NCBI GenBank assembly: GCA_002633005.1
Contig: NMRA01000449.1
Span: 186,001-250,000 of the forward strand
DNA from: Phoronis australis
Taxonomy: Eukaryota; Animalia; Phoronida
Length of the DNA: 64,000 nt
Direction: 5' to 3'
A model generated the notes under the pieces. It was not told the DNA's origin, ran no database searches, and saw nothing but the letters and a program-made list of their open reading frames with translations. The position numbers and the translations under genes were made by a program. The first letter of the stretch is position 1, and each line of letters starts with the position of its first letter. Below are positions 15,601 to 26,800 of this stretch, piece by piece.

Positions 15601-18218
15601 TGGTCATTTTGTATTTTTGCGATAATGGCTGCAGTTTTTGATTACTTTGCAGGATATTTGTGAACTTCCACCAATGTTTCCCTCAAAATGTTACTTTTTG
15701 GGTGACCCTGATTATTGCTATGCCCCCTAGTGGCAACTTTAGTATTCACGTTGTTCTCTATATCTCCAGAGGTCCTTGAATTTTTTTAATGAAGTTTGAC
15801 AAACAAGTTTCTATTATGACGGCGACAGCACCTTCCCATGTTGGGATGGAGTCGACGTATTCCGCGCCACTGAGAGGCCATTTTAAATTAACGTTAAGCC
15901 TAGTTAATTGTATATTTCTGTATGAGCCAAACACACAGAAGATTGGATGTGTTGCAACTGACGACAGGACGACTGGCGTGGATTTTCAAGCGGGTCCAAC
16001 TGCAGCGGTCACCCCTAAGTAACACGTTTCGCATCCTCGTTGCTCTTGTACCCATGCAAAGGACGAATGAATGAAATAACTTCAAAGAACTTATTGTGCA
16101 ATGTTCTTTATCCTTGGTTCCCAGCGCTGTAACCTCAAACTGTCTATAAGTTACGTAAAATTCCATAATTACCGGCTTGAGCACCACTGGATTGTCTTGG
16201 CTTCTATCACCGTTCCTCTTCTGCTAACTGAGCACAGACAGAGTCAACCCACAGTATCTGATGGTCACACGGGTGTGGTGTTACATAATTATTGACTGAA
16301 CTATAGTGCTACTCTTTTTATGCGCCCACGTGGACGTATTATGCCGGCATCTACGTCCGTCTGTCCGTCCGGCGTCCGTCCGTCCGGTGTCCGGCGTCCG
16401 CTGCTCTATCTCCAAAACGCCTTGCCGTATGTTCATGAAGTTTTGCACATGTGTTCCTTCCATAGATAGCACGGCATGAGCGAACTTTCGGACGGTTCCG
16501 ACTACCGATGTGCCCCCTAGTGGCAATTTATTTTTTTTACGTTTACCTCTGTATCGGATTTTCATAAAATGTGGTATATAGGCACCTATTAGTGAGATGA
16601 CGCTATCCTCCCGTTTTCAGATGATTTGATGTGGTTTGTGCCACCTAGTGGCCATTTTTACTGTTTGCGAGTCTGTTTTTTGCGTCCACCCCTCTATCAA
16701 CCGAAGTGCTCAAAGGATGATTGTGAAAATGGGCATGTATTTTCTTACTATAAAGTGGATGGCTGACGATGATTTTCCGACGACTTTGACTACTGTGGCA
16801 CCTCCTAGTGGCAGTTTTGTTTTTTTAACGCCTATGGCTGTATCCCCTAAACCGTTCGCAGGATCTTTACTAAATTTAGTAAGTGTATTTATATGATGTT
16901 AACAACGGAGGACGACGACTTTCAGACGGATCTGACTACTGGTGTGCCTCCTAGTGGCAATTTTATTTTTTTACGTTTACCTCTGTATGTTCAAAGGTCT
17001 TCAACCTATTTTCATAAAATTTGGCATATAGGCATCTGTTAATGATGTGTCACTATCTCTCCGTTTTTAGATGGATTCAACCTAGTTTGCGCCACCTAGT
17101 GGCCATTTTTACTGCTTTCGAGTCTGTTTCTTGGCGTCCACTCGTCTATCAACCAAACGGCTTTTAGGATAATTGTGAAAATTTGCATGTATGTTTTCAC
17201 TATGAAATGGACTGCTGACGACGATTTTCCGACGAGTTCGACTAACGTGGCGCCTCCTAGTGGCAGTTTCGTTTTTTTGCGCTCATGGCTGTATCTATTA
17301 AACCGTTTGCAGGATCTTTACTTAATTTAGCAGTGTATTTACATGATGTTGACAATGGACGACGACGACTTTCGGATGAATATGACTTCTGGTGTGCCCC
17401 CTATTGGCAATTTTGGATTTTTACGTTTACCAGTCTGTGTCTTCAAAGTCCTCAACAGATTTTCATAAAATTTTGAATATAGGCATCTATTGGTGAGATG
17501 ACGCTGTCATCCTGTTTTTGGATGGAATCAAGGTATTTTGCACCACCTGGTGGCCATTTTTGGTGTTTTCAAATCTTGTGTTTGGCGTTCACCCCTCGAT
17601 CAACCAAATCATTCTAGGGATGGTTTTGAAAATTGGTGTACATGTTTTCAGTGTGAAGAGGACGTTTGATGATGGTGACTGACTACTGTGGCAACTCCTA
17701 GTGGTAGTTATGTTTTGTTTTGCGCCTGTAGCTGTATCTCCAAAACCCACTGCAGAATCTTTTTTAATTTAGTAAGTGAATTTATCCAGTATGAAGATAA
17801 CAGACGACGACCGGACTTTCAGGCGGATGGAACGGACGATGTGCCCACAAGTGGCAATTTCATTTTGTTCTGTTTTCCTTTGTTTCTCTGAAGTTCCTTG
17901 ACAGATTTTTATGAAATATAGCATGTTCCCATTTTTGGAGGGATTGTACGTTTTTGCGCCATCTAGTGGTCATTTTTATGATACAAATAAATAACCCTAA
18001 AAGCACACCATTTGCGATACATTCGTGGGCGCATTTCAACGCTCCGCGTTGCTCTTGTTATCTCATCAGCAGGGTTATGAATTGTTGTTCAATGTTCAAC
18101 CTTATTTTCCAGATATGATTTTCTGAAGTGTAGAACAGCAGGTGTCGCCACGGTTCAAGTGAGTACATCACTGATGGTCGTAGTCTGGCTGATATCTACG
18201 TCTTATTGGTGTGAATAA
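2..18218 (+). CDS. Gene A (5'-partial): tandem GPR158/179-type ectodomain (Cache-like + EGF-like) x2 protein lacking 7TM, probable GPI tail; join(<2..657,2218..2344,4650..4815,6254..6429,7076..7441,9374..9774,11175..11366,12549..12666,14921..15075,18113..18218)
   Basis: All introns are GT-AG with compatible phases. Spliced length is 2463 nt = 820 aa + stop, and it aligns exon-for-exon with gene B. Motifs PYFDCG..KWMVSAVAP, DINPCP..N.FAG.ARC, C.P..GWGF..G.Y.C.CRPGY and GVVTVD..INQC match the GPR158-family ectodomain pattern. Confidence 0.88.
940..1513. mobile_element. MITE with 20-bp perfect TIRs and 10-bp TSD (Mutator-like TSD length)
   Basis: CTCGCTGGTTCCCTGCGTGC (940-959) / GCACGCAGGGAACCAGCGAG (1494-1513); GTTACTGACT flanks both sides (930-939, 1514-1523). 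Confidence 0.88.
1769..1971. mobile_element. Palindromic MITE with AAATGTAACA sub-repeats
   Basis: CTGACACGCCGTAAAATGTAACAATTT / AAATTGTTACATTTTACGGCGTATCAG inverted ends. Confidence 0.75.
2218..2344 (+). CDS. Gene A exon (FVATASMGTDFLTVDINPCPAGPGNPTPNIFAGIARCKETTM)
   Basis: ttccAG acceptor and GTTAGT donor; 127 nt, same length as gene B 33184..33310. Confidence 0.9.
3090..3680 (+). mobile_element. Degenerate HINE-family fragment
   Basis: Phrases shared with the array (tatcaagctgacggtagatgacgac, tgaaaattggaagatgtgttc, ctgtatctttgga). Confidence 0.45.
4650..4815 (+). CDS. Gene A exon, EGF-like module 1 (CQPLTGWGFARGGYECVCRPGYRYP...FDCIKVG)
   Basis: cacAG / GTAAGT; 166 nt, same length as gene B 34997..35162. 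Confidence 0.92.
5073..6100 (+). mobile_element. HINE/DINE-1-like element, 3'-truncated
   Basis: Same 5' end and array units as the 16315 copy, more diverged. Confidence 0.72.
6254..6429 (+). CDS. Gene A linker exon (YMKVVPSV...RRKKRR...)
   Basis: ttAG acceptor; MKVVPSV is shared with gene B 40001. The donor GTATAA is weak but phase-compatible with the next exon. Confidence 0.75.
7076..7441 (+). CDS. Gene A exon: linker end (RNRR) and start of module 2 (C..LP.EDLVLPGDVGYGA..QFKYQ)
   Basis: Donor CAG/GTAACT; 3' half homologous to gene B 45380..45760. Confidence 0.85.
9374..9774 (+). CDS. Gene A exon, module 2 (VLSQVMADHKIRGMGIWFD...LFAPYAFQDGDQYK)
   Basis: ttcAG / GTGAGC; strong similarity to gene B 47456..47862. 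Confidence 0.92.
11175..11366 (+). CDS. Gene A exon, module 2 (GLWSPPSFLCDGYIHDWVIKYTTPFF)
   Basis: tacAG / GTAAGT; 192 nt, same length as gene B 54977..55168. Not in the ORF track. Confidence 0.9.
12549..12666 (+). CDS. Gene A exon (GVVTVDMKMDNLEINQCPAPVWTPNAFKDTARCDYETTH)
   Basis: tgcAG / GTAAGT; 118 nt, same length as gene B 56000..56117. Confidence 0.92.
12934..14503 (+). mobile_element. Helentron-associated non-autonomous element (HINE/DINE-1-like) with internal ~450-bp tandem array
   Basis: 5' TTATGCG.CCAC...GTGGACGCAT, then (GTCC)n microsatellite, then the tandem array, then 3' GGCGCAT + hairpin CAACGC..GTGTTG + CTCTTGTT. Confidence 0.8.
14921..15075 (+). CDS. Gene A exon, EGF-like module 2 (CVPVEGMKMTTGAYRCHCKQGYEYPFIENAWFF)
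   Basis: ttcAG / GTACGA; 155 nt, same length as gene B 57141..57295. Confidence 0.92.
15191..16020 (+). mobile_element. Degenerate HINE-family copy
   Basis: Diverged array units (CCCTAGTGG motifs at ~15594 and ~15723). Confidence 0.55.
16315..18059 (+). mobile_element. HINE/DINE-1-like element, full length, internal 451-bp periodicity
   Basis: Subterminal inverted repeat ATGCGCCCACG (16320) / CGTGGGCGCAT (18024); (GTCC)n tract; 3' hairpin CAACGC-TCC-GCGTTG; T-rich flanks. Confidence 0.85.
18113..18218 (+). CDS. Gene A terminal exon (YDFLKCRTAGVATVQVSTSLMVVVWLISTSYWCE*)
   Basis: ttttccAG acceptor, phase 2; YD..KCR is shared with the gene B last exon; hydrophobic tail then TAA. Confidence 0.82.
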
Positions 18219-19479
18219 TTATTCGTATCGCGGGTGGACCTTAATACTTAACGTAATGCATGGCCAGCGTATTGCTTCTATAAGACCCCAAACACTCTCC
18301 AAGAAAAGGCACTGCTGCAAATGTACCGTCTGAATATCTACAACTGTTGTTTTTTGTACTCGGAAACAGTCGGAATTGCTCGACTGGCTTTTTATGTACT
18401 TCGGAATTGCAATAGGATCTCTTAAGGCTGAATGTAATGGACGAGCCGAACTACCATTTGTAATCGCATAACAGTCGAGGCTGAAGCTCAAATTCAATAG
18501 TTTGGCTGCAAGCAAATATTCGCCTAGCTCAGTTTATTCATGCCTGAACCAGTGATCTTCAAAACTTATGTTATTTGATTTTTCGTTGAAAAGGAGTTCA
18601 CAAGTCTTTGTATTTATTTATTTATTCATGAAAATGTGCAGTACAACGTTCTCAACTTGCAAGAAGTCTTTTAAGCATAGTTTTTGCTTTTGTCAGTATG
18701 ACAACGAAAACAGTAATACACTGTTTTTTTTCTGTTCTCTTCGGTTTTTGTTGTTTTGTTGTGTTTGACGACAATAATGAGCACAATACCTGTTGTTTCT
18801 GAATTGTTCAATAAGTCTGAGCCGAGATTCCAAAACACCCTTCAGTTGAAGTGTACACACATTGACTAATATGTAGTGCAGAGTACAATCCCTCTCCTCA
18901 ATTAGAAAAGACTTGACGCTGGAATATTCACAGTACGAGATAGTTACAAATTCCGACAGTAGTTAGGAGAAAATAGTGTGTATTTGTTTACCAAATTCTA
19001 TTGTCACATGTAACATCGTAAGTACATTTTGCAAAATACATGTATGAAATTTAATGGAGATGCCAATGAATTTTCAGTGTTGCCGGAAATACTGAAGACG
19101 GTTTTTGAGATTCCCAAAACCGAGCCACCCAGGGCGCTTTTCTATGAATTACTTTGGAAAGGGCTTTCAAGCTCACACTATGAATTTTGAAAAATACACC
19201 AGGATCCCAGAGGTATTTTGGGTATGATAAAGTAACCAATTTTATGTGATACCACGGCGGTCCATGAGTACCCCAAAGCTAGGAAATAGCCATCTGGCTG
19301 GTTCGTTCTGGTGGGTGTGGTCAGGAGAGCCATGATAATGGCACTCAAAAATTAAGATCAAATTTTCTAGTAACCACCTAAAAATACCTGCGACATCTGC
19401 TGCTCAATTCACTGTATCAAAATTGCCCACAGCCATAAAATTCAAGTGATGGGGAACATCAGCCACACGGATTTAACTG

Positions 19480-20260
19480 AGGTCAAAAGTTGAGCTAGAT
19501 CAACCCAAGAGCTAGTCACCTGAAACTGGTAACAAATTATTCAACATAGACCAATGTATCATGAATGAACACTGCCAGACAATTTCAGTGGTGGATTACC
19601 CTCGCCATATACGCCTAAGACTCCAAGTTGATCTAGCCGAACCACCAGGAGGTAACCGGCTGAAACCAACTGTATAACATACAGCTTCATTCCACGTGGC
19701 GCAGCAGTTACATGTCAGATAATTTCAAAGATAGGGTGCCCCTGCTAGAAAAAAAGTTTTGTAACGGGGTCCTAAAATTGAGCTAGATCAACCCAGAAGA
19801 TGCATAACATTGGTTGCAAAAATTAACTCCATGTATCAAAGAACACTGCCAGACAAATTCAGTGGTGCGTAAACCCCGCCAGACACTAACAAATCTCAGA
19901 GTTGAGCTAGATCAACCCACCAGGTAACCAGTTGAAGCCAACTACATAACATGACACGGCTGTTACCAGACGATATGAGTGGTGGAGTGTCTGTGCCAGA
20001 CAAAATATAATGGGGTCCCACAACTGAGCTAAATCGATACATGAGGCTACCAAATGAAACCAGTTGCGAAATATTCAACATGAAACCATGCGTCATGAAG
20101 GAACTTCGCCAGACACATCAATCCTGTGGTGGGTTACCCCCGCCAGACACGCCCAAACCTCCGAGTTGAGTTGGACCAACCCATCAAAACCGGTTGAAAC
20201 TAATTGAAACATGTTAAGGACCACTCCGCTCATGGCACATATGCCAGACAATTAAGAAGG
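19480..20260. repeat. Degenerate tandem repeat, ~135-bp monomer / ~270-bp dimer
   Basis: AGTTGAGCTAGATCAACCCA-like core at ~19488, 19626, 19777, 19900, 20021, 20164; GAACACTGCCAGACA..GTGGT block at ~19567, 19841, 20101. Confidence 0.7.
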
Positions 20261-21192
20261 CAGACAAAAATATCGAAAGCATTGGCGAAATCCCATTTAC
20301 GATGAATGAACACTGTTCTATACCTATGAGACTGATTCAAATAATCTGATGAAATCAATCAATTCCATTTCAAATTTCCTGGGCGGGATGTCTTTTCCAG
20401 GGAAATACAACTGGTTATTGACAAATTACCTAGCCCGATCCTACTTCCGCTTATTCCCATACATTGTAAAAATGTACTCTACCTAAGTCATGTGTGCCAC
20501 CTCAGTTACACTATTGATATTTTCCGTGCAATCAAAACTCGACTACGTGCCCTCATAAAGTGTCACAGCCGCGTTTAACCTGCTCGCATTAAACCGTACG
20601 TAAAGCAAACCTTCATGGGATCATAGGGCCGTTTTACAACGCCGGTTTACGTACGTGAGCGCTTCAGGCTTAAATTATTGAACTCATCCTGGTCATTCCC
20701 CAATCATGGTGGTACTCATCATAAACAACCAAGTCGACTGGAACAATGCAGTTTCAGTGCTTTGTTCAAGGACACAATCGTCAATATGGAGAGGCATTTG
20801 CTAGTTGCTAGTAGATTCCACTGAGCGAAAATTTAAGGAAAAGTAAGAACCGAAATTTTGAATGGGTTGTGTTGTAAGATACGAGAATAAAATTCATAAC
20901 TTTGACGAAAAGAACCTCGTCATCATCCTGGACGATACACGGTGCGGACACACAAATTCAGAGACTAAACCAATATGAACGCTGTCATACGCGTCAGTTC
21001 AAAAAACAAAGAATGGAATTGACGAAATTCTCTTCTCTCCCGACACCTTTTTACCTTTACTGACAGAATTGGGAAATGAGTAAAAGATCACATTTTATTG
21101 TCAATGCTTACTTTATATTTTTAACGGCAACGACCCTAAAGGGTGATTCATTACTTGTTGCTGGGCCTAGCTAGGTGGCCACTATATTTTCT

Positions 21193-21237
21193 CTTCTGAT
21201 GATGGTGTTTGAATAAATGACACCGAAACATGTCAAG
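21193..21237 (+). ncRNA. Minimal type I hammerhead ribozyme (Penelope-like-element type)
   Basis: CUU-CUGAUGA-U-GGUGU...ACACC-GAAA-CAUG-UC-AAG: intact core, 5-bp helix II, palindromic helix III, 3-bp helix I. Confidence 0.75.
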
Positions 21238-21747
21238 TCGATTTAAAACCGTGGTTGTTTTTATTAATTATACAGACACCATTTGCACGGCAAACGGAAT
21301 CATTTCATCATCGTTTAGTTTCAGTTAGTACTGAAATTATCACCTATTTACAGAAGCTTTTAATAAGGGACGACGTGTAGTCACCGAGACCCAGAGAAGG
21401 CGTGGTGTCCAGGTATGGCTCATACAAGAACATTTACAGTGTTGGACATGTTGATGAATCTCCTGCTCCTTATTTACGCAGCTTTCTTTCGGTTCATTGT
21501 CTCATTGTCTTTTGTGCCCTCTGCGAAGACACCACTGACATCACTGTTCGTCCAAACTGAGCCCTTTAGTGCGTCCATTCCCGTGGCAATAACCAGAACG
21601 GACTGAGCATCGTCTGCCATAGCTGAGGTTACCAGGATCTCGATTTTAACGCTCAGTTGGTGCCATTTGTTCGTTGTCCTTTTGATCCTCGACTGTTTGC
21701 GTTCTCTTACACTTGAAGTCCTGTATATTTTCAGATTGTTCTAAAAC

Positions 21748-21832
21748 CCCTCGACCCCCCCGAACCCTCGACCCACGACCCCCTCGACCCACAACCCCCA
21801 CGACCTACAACCCTCTCGACCCATGACCCATG
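21748..21832. repeat. Degenerate C-rich minisatellite (CCCCTCGACCCA..)
   Basis: Repeated CCCTCGACCC core at ~20-bp spacing. Confidence 0.65.
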
Positions 21833-22019
21833 CAAATAGATGTATCATACTAAGTCGCTGAATGACTTTCCCATGAGACATACCTAGTACACGCGAATCT
21901 GCATGGGCTCAAGTCTGGTGGTTAAAACGGGAAGTGGCAAAAGAACATGCTGTGAAATAGCGAATTGTGAGCGTGCTACTTTGTCACGCAAATAGTTCCA
22001 CGAGCGGCTACCAATACCC

Positions 22020-22567
22020 CATGCAGGTATCACGCAGTGGCACGCGGTTTGCTTGATGTAACCTCAGCGGTCATTGGTTAGCTTTACAACACCGTGAAAA
22101 AATAGCGGACTGTGAACGATTTTTAGCCTTGTCATGCAAGTGGTGTCGCATCAACTGTTTCGTTTCTGCAGTGATGTTTAATGGCCGCGTGCGTGAAGCA
22201 CATACTTGTACAATAAACACATATCGGGCAGATTTAACCAGTGTGTTATTCATACTGTATGAATACAGGACAGTATCGTAAACAAAAGTCATCGACAGCA
22301 GAAAGATGCACTCCCGCAAAAGGCGCAACCACAACTTCTAAGATTCACATTTCCTGAACGTAAATTTTAAGCACCGATTTGTCTGTATAACAGACCACAT
22401 TTACACTTGAGTCCATCAGTCGTGCCAGTTTGTTTGCGTAAAGCGCTGCCTGTTGAGAATTCGACTAGCCAATCAGAAACGCCGGTGTAAAAAATTTCCC
22501 GAGGAAAATTAAGTGATACCTGCGTGCTGGCTATTGACCATCTAGCGGCAGGCAGGGAATCAGCGAG
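22020..22567. mobile_element. Second copy of the 940-1513 MITE family (left TIR missing)
   Basis: Colinear high similarity to ~975-1513; ends GCAGGGAATCAGCGAG. Confidence 0.85.
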
Positions 22568-22632
22568 CCAATAGCCCTTTTCCACTAAACTTAGGGAGAG
22601 ATTACGTTAACGAGAATGGTCGTATTTTCACA

Positions 22633-23869
22633 TTTTTATGCGCCCACATATTTATATGTGGACGCATTATGCCGTCATATCCGTCCTTCCGGCCGTCCAT
22701 CCGTGCGGCGTCTGTCCGGCGTCCGTCTGGTGTCAGCTGCTCGATCTCCAAAACCCTTTGGCGTATGTTCATGAAATTTTGCACATGTATTCTTTTTACT
22801 GATGGGACGGCATGAGCGGACTTTCGGACGAATCCAACTCCCAGTGTGCCCCCTAAAGGCAATTTTAGATTTTTTACGCTTACCTCCGTATCTTCAAAGG
22901 TCCTCAAAGTATTTTCATAAAATTTGGCACATAGGCATCCATTAGTGAGTTTACACTATCCTCCCGTTTTCGGATGGATTCGTCGTAGTTTGCGCCACCT
23001 AGTGGAGATTTTCAATGTTTTCGAGCCTTTTTTGGCGTCCACCCCTTTATCAACTAAACCGCTCTAAGGATGATAGTGAAAATTGGCATGTATGTTCCTA
23101 CTATGAAGAGGACGGACGGCTCATGATGATTTTCCGACGACTTTGACTACTGTGGCGTCTCCTAGTGGCTTTTTGCGCCCATGGCTGTATCTCCTAAACC
23201 GTTTGTAGGATCTTTATTAAATGTAGTAAGTGTATTTGCATGATGTTGACAACGGACCACGACGACGTGGACGGATCGGAGTACCGTTGCGCTCATTAGT
23301 GACAATTTTTTTTTTTACGTTTACCTCTGTATCTGCAAAGATCCTCGAGGGATTTTCATAAAATTTGGCGTAAACAGTAGGCATCTGTTAGTGAGATGAC
23401 GATATCCTCCCATTTTCGGATGGAATCGAGGTATTTTACGCAACCTAGTGGCCATGTTTGCGGTTTTTGAGTCTACCCTCTACCAACCAAACCATTCGAA
23501 AGATGATTTTGAACATTGGCGTTTATGTTCTCTGTGACGTCTCCTAGTGATAGTTTTGTTTTTTTTGTGACCATAGCTGTATCTCCTAAACCCATGCCAG
23601 ATATTTATTAAATTCAGTAAGTGTATTTTACATGAAACTAACAACAGACGACGACGACTTTTTAGGCGGATCCAACGAACGCTGTGTCCCTAGTGGCAAT
23701 TTCGTTTTTTTTTTTTCGTTTTCTTTTGTTTCTCTGAAGTTCCTTGACAGATTTTTATGAAATTTCGTAAATAGTTTTCTATTGAAGAAGCGATGGCATG
23801 TTCCCGTTTTCGGATGGATTGGACTGGCATTTTTGCGCTATCTAGTGGCCCAAGAACGTTGCTCTTGTT
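22633..23869 (+). mobile_element. HINE/DINE-1-like element (3' region partly deleted)
   Basis: TTTTTATGCGCCCACATATTTATATGTGGACGCAT start, GTCC repeats, same array, ends CGTTGCTCTTGTT. Confidence 0.82.
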
Positions 23870-26800
23870 ATTATTGTCTTTCTGTTGCATACTCCGTTAC
23901 AATATACTTCATGTAAAGTTGAGACAGTTTTTAGTAACCAGTTTGTTTTTTAAACTGTATTTACTGAAGAAATCACATATTTGTCGGTTCCTCGCACTCT
24001 TCAAAAAAGCTTGAACCTGCCATGCACTGACTAGAGCAGACGAGACAATTATACTTTGCCGGGAATGACATTCGTAACGTTGGTAGGTCTTTGATTTGAT
24101 TTGGTAGTGTTGTTTTTTANCGCCTAATATGCTTGAGTTCGCCTGCGTTTGAAGGTCGCGGAATATAGAGACCTTGTGGTAAAGCGAGGTTTAATCCGTT
24201 GAGTTATTGTCCGAACGTAGAAGCGTCAATAAAACGTGCGAAGTCAACAGCGAACATTCTTTTGTCCATAGTGAAGGAGGAGATAAAACTAAAGTGGTAA
24301 AATACGGTCAGAAAAGCACACTGAGTTAGGAACGAAATACCCCACATTGGCTGCACCTATTCAGCAGGGTTAAACGTCATCCGATGTTTCTCGATGACGA
24401 CACCCGGCCCGGCTTACAAAGCAATGAGATCCGTCGTTATTTCGTAGCCGGCTGTATCGGCCGGGCGCATATTAGTGAATTAGGTACAGCCAAATTGCTG
24501 TAAATACAGACTGTCAACATTCTGAACACCTGATACTTGAAAAATTCGAACTCATCGTCTTCGTTTACCAAGTTATAGGGTTACCAATGCAGAGGGCGTC
24601 TCTCAAACAGTGGGTAAATCCAAGACCAAAGCGCCACCTTAGCCGGAAACCGAGTACCTGAGACCATGTGAAGTCTGATGAAAACCCTTACCCGAGACAA
24701 CCACAGCGAGGTCGTCACTCAAGAAATGGTATGGCTTTCGTTTACGTAATCGAGACGATTCCTGTGAAGCCACCAAATAACCAAGCGAGACATACTATAC
24801 CTGAAAAGGCTTAATAAACACCCGAGGCTATCCCTGGGTACATTTTATTACCCATCCCAGACAATACCTGAGGAGGCAAAATATTCCCACATCGTTTGCG
24901 ATGCAAGCATTTTTCTTCTTATGGTGAGCAAATTAAGCATTTTTTCATTACGGAGGATTGTTAACTGGGGAGCATACTCAAGATTTTTTACTTGGCAATG
25001 TGATTTGAGGGGGTGTACTCCGTAGCTTCTTAAGTGTGTGTAAGACACAATCACAATGAAACATATTCGACACTGTTTATGAGCTTACGTGACTATCCGA
25101 CAAGAGTATGTAAATTCGACACCGTACTCGACAGGTGTAACCAAGCGTTGACTGTCTCGCGTCAGTTTTCTTTTGCTCGGGTCAAATTACTCCTCACGCC
25201 AAGGCCATTATTTTGTAAACGTGTACAAGTCATTGACTAATTCAATTCGTAATCACAGGCTTAAGATTATATAACTCATTGACTGGTTTATTTTCACAAA
25301 TATAGGGAGTCATAATTCTTCAAGCTCGCCGGCACCTGCACTAGGCGCAGTGAACTTCTATTCTGCCAGAAGCGAGAACAGCTGGGTAAGGTAAGCCCAA
25401 GTAAAGTAACGTTTATTTAACGTTGGGTTAAAAAAGTATCAAAATAACATTATCACAAGTGGTAGTTTTCGACTATGGGACTATTTACAAATATTTTTTA
25501 GTATACAATAGCTCAGTAGCACAGAGCCAATATAAGGTGGCTGTGCAACCTACAGCGGAGCACACATATGAGTATCAGTGTTTCGAAATTGTTGACCAGC
25601 TCTATTTATAAATAATATTCAAAAAGCTTTATTTAGACCCATTTAGGTTGTAAAACAAAAATCGCCTACTAGACCTTGTACTCTCTATGGATGTCGTTAT
25701 GTTCCTAACATAATAGGAGTATTTATCCCGTTAACCAGGCAGTGCTCAAGTGCGCCATTTTTGAATTAGCAATTTTACGGTAAACCAACCCCAATAAATT
25801 CTGAAACGTTTTCTCTTGAACAAGGGATAGTTTCGGTGTTCGTGATCGTAAAGAAATTAGATTCCTATCGCATTAAGGACTATTACGAGACCAATTTTAA
25901 GAGATTAGAAGGTCTGACAGTAATTCAATTTTCACCTTTTAGCGTTACGTGCAAAACGGGGCAACATGTCAGGTGAAATTCAGCTTTAAATTGCTTAGAA
26001 CCACCACTTACCTGGTTTTGAAAGGCGACTACATTGTCAGCATCATTAAACCTTCCTTTATAGCACTGCACATCACAATTCAAAATCCCAAAACACGAGA
26101 AAATACAAGAAAACCGACTTCAACTGAAAGTTTCTTAGATTCACGGACATGAGTGTGACGAACGAATGTACCAAGCGCGAGTGTATCACGTCCATACACG
26201 CGAGTTTCTTGAACAAACGCTGTTCGATATCTACGTTTCTCCGATGTTCCGCGGGAAAACTCGCTGGAAACTATAATAGGTCCGCTTTTGTCCTGCTCTT
26301 TCTTGCTGCTTGTCTCGTAATTAATGCTTCATGCTAACAAAGTACGATAGCCCATCTCATACTCCTTCAGTTGAAACAGCTTGAAAACCAAAATTTGTCA
26401 TTCATTTAGTATAAACGTCAAAACGTTTCAGGTACTTTGTAACTTAAAGTAGTTAACATTTTGTGTCATAGGATTCAAAAAAAGAATTTTCTGTTATTTT
26501 GTTCTTGTAATTTATTTAATACGAGTCACAGTGTTTAATGTGTCTGTTAAAATGTCTGATACAACTCTAAATTTCAACATGTTGTCATTTTTCATCAAAT
26601 TCATTGAAAAATTACATGAACATGTGCAACTTGGGAAACGCAGGAAAATACACCAATAAATGGGGTGGAAACGTTAAATAAAATTGGTAGGTGAAAGTAA
26701 TCGCGTACTTTTTTAAAGCTCCAACATGGCGGACCAGGCCGAAACGTCTGCTTCCATCCGTCAATTTTAGGCTCTCGGTAAGTGATTTTGCTGCATTCGC

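Noticed and set aside
21420-21700. Minus-strand zinc-knuckle/gag-like remnant (CQWCLRRGHKR)
   Set aside because: A single short motif amid stops; too weak to call.
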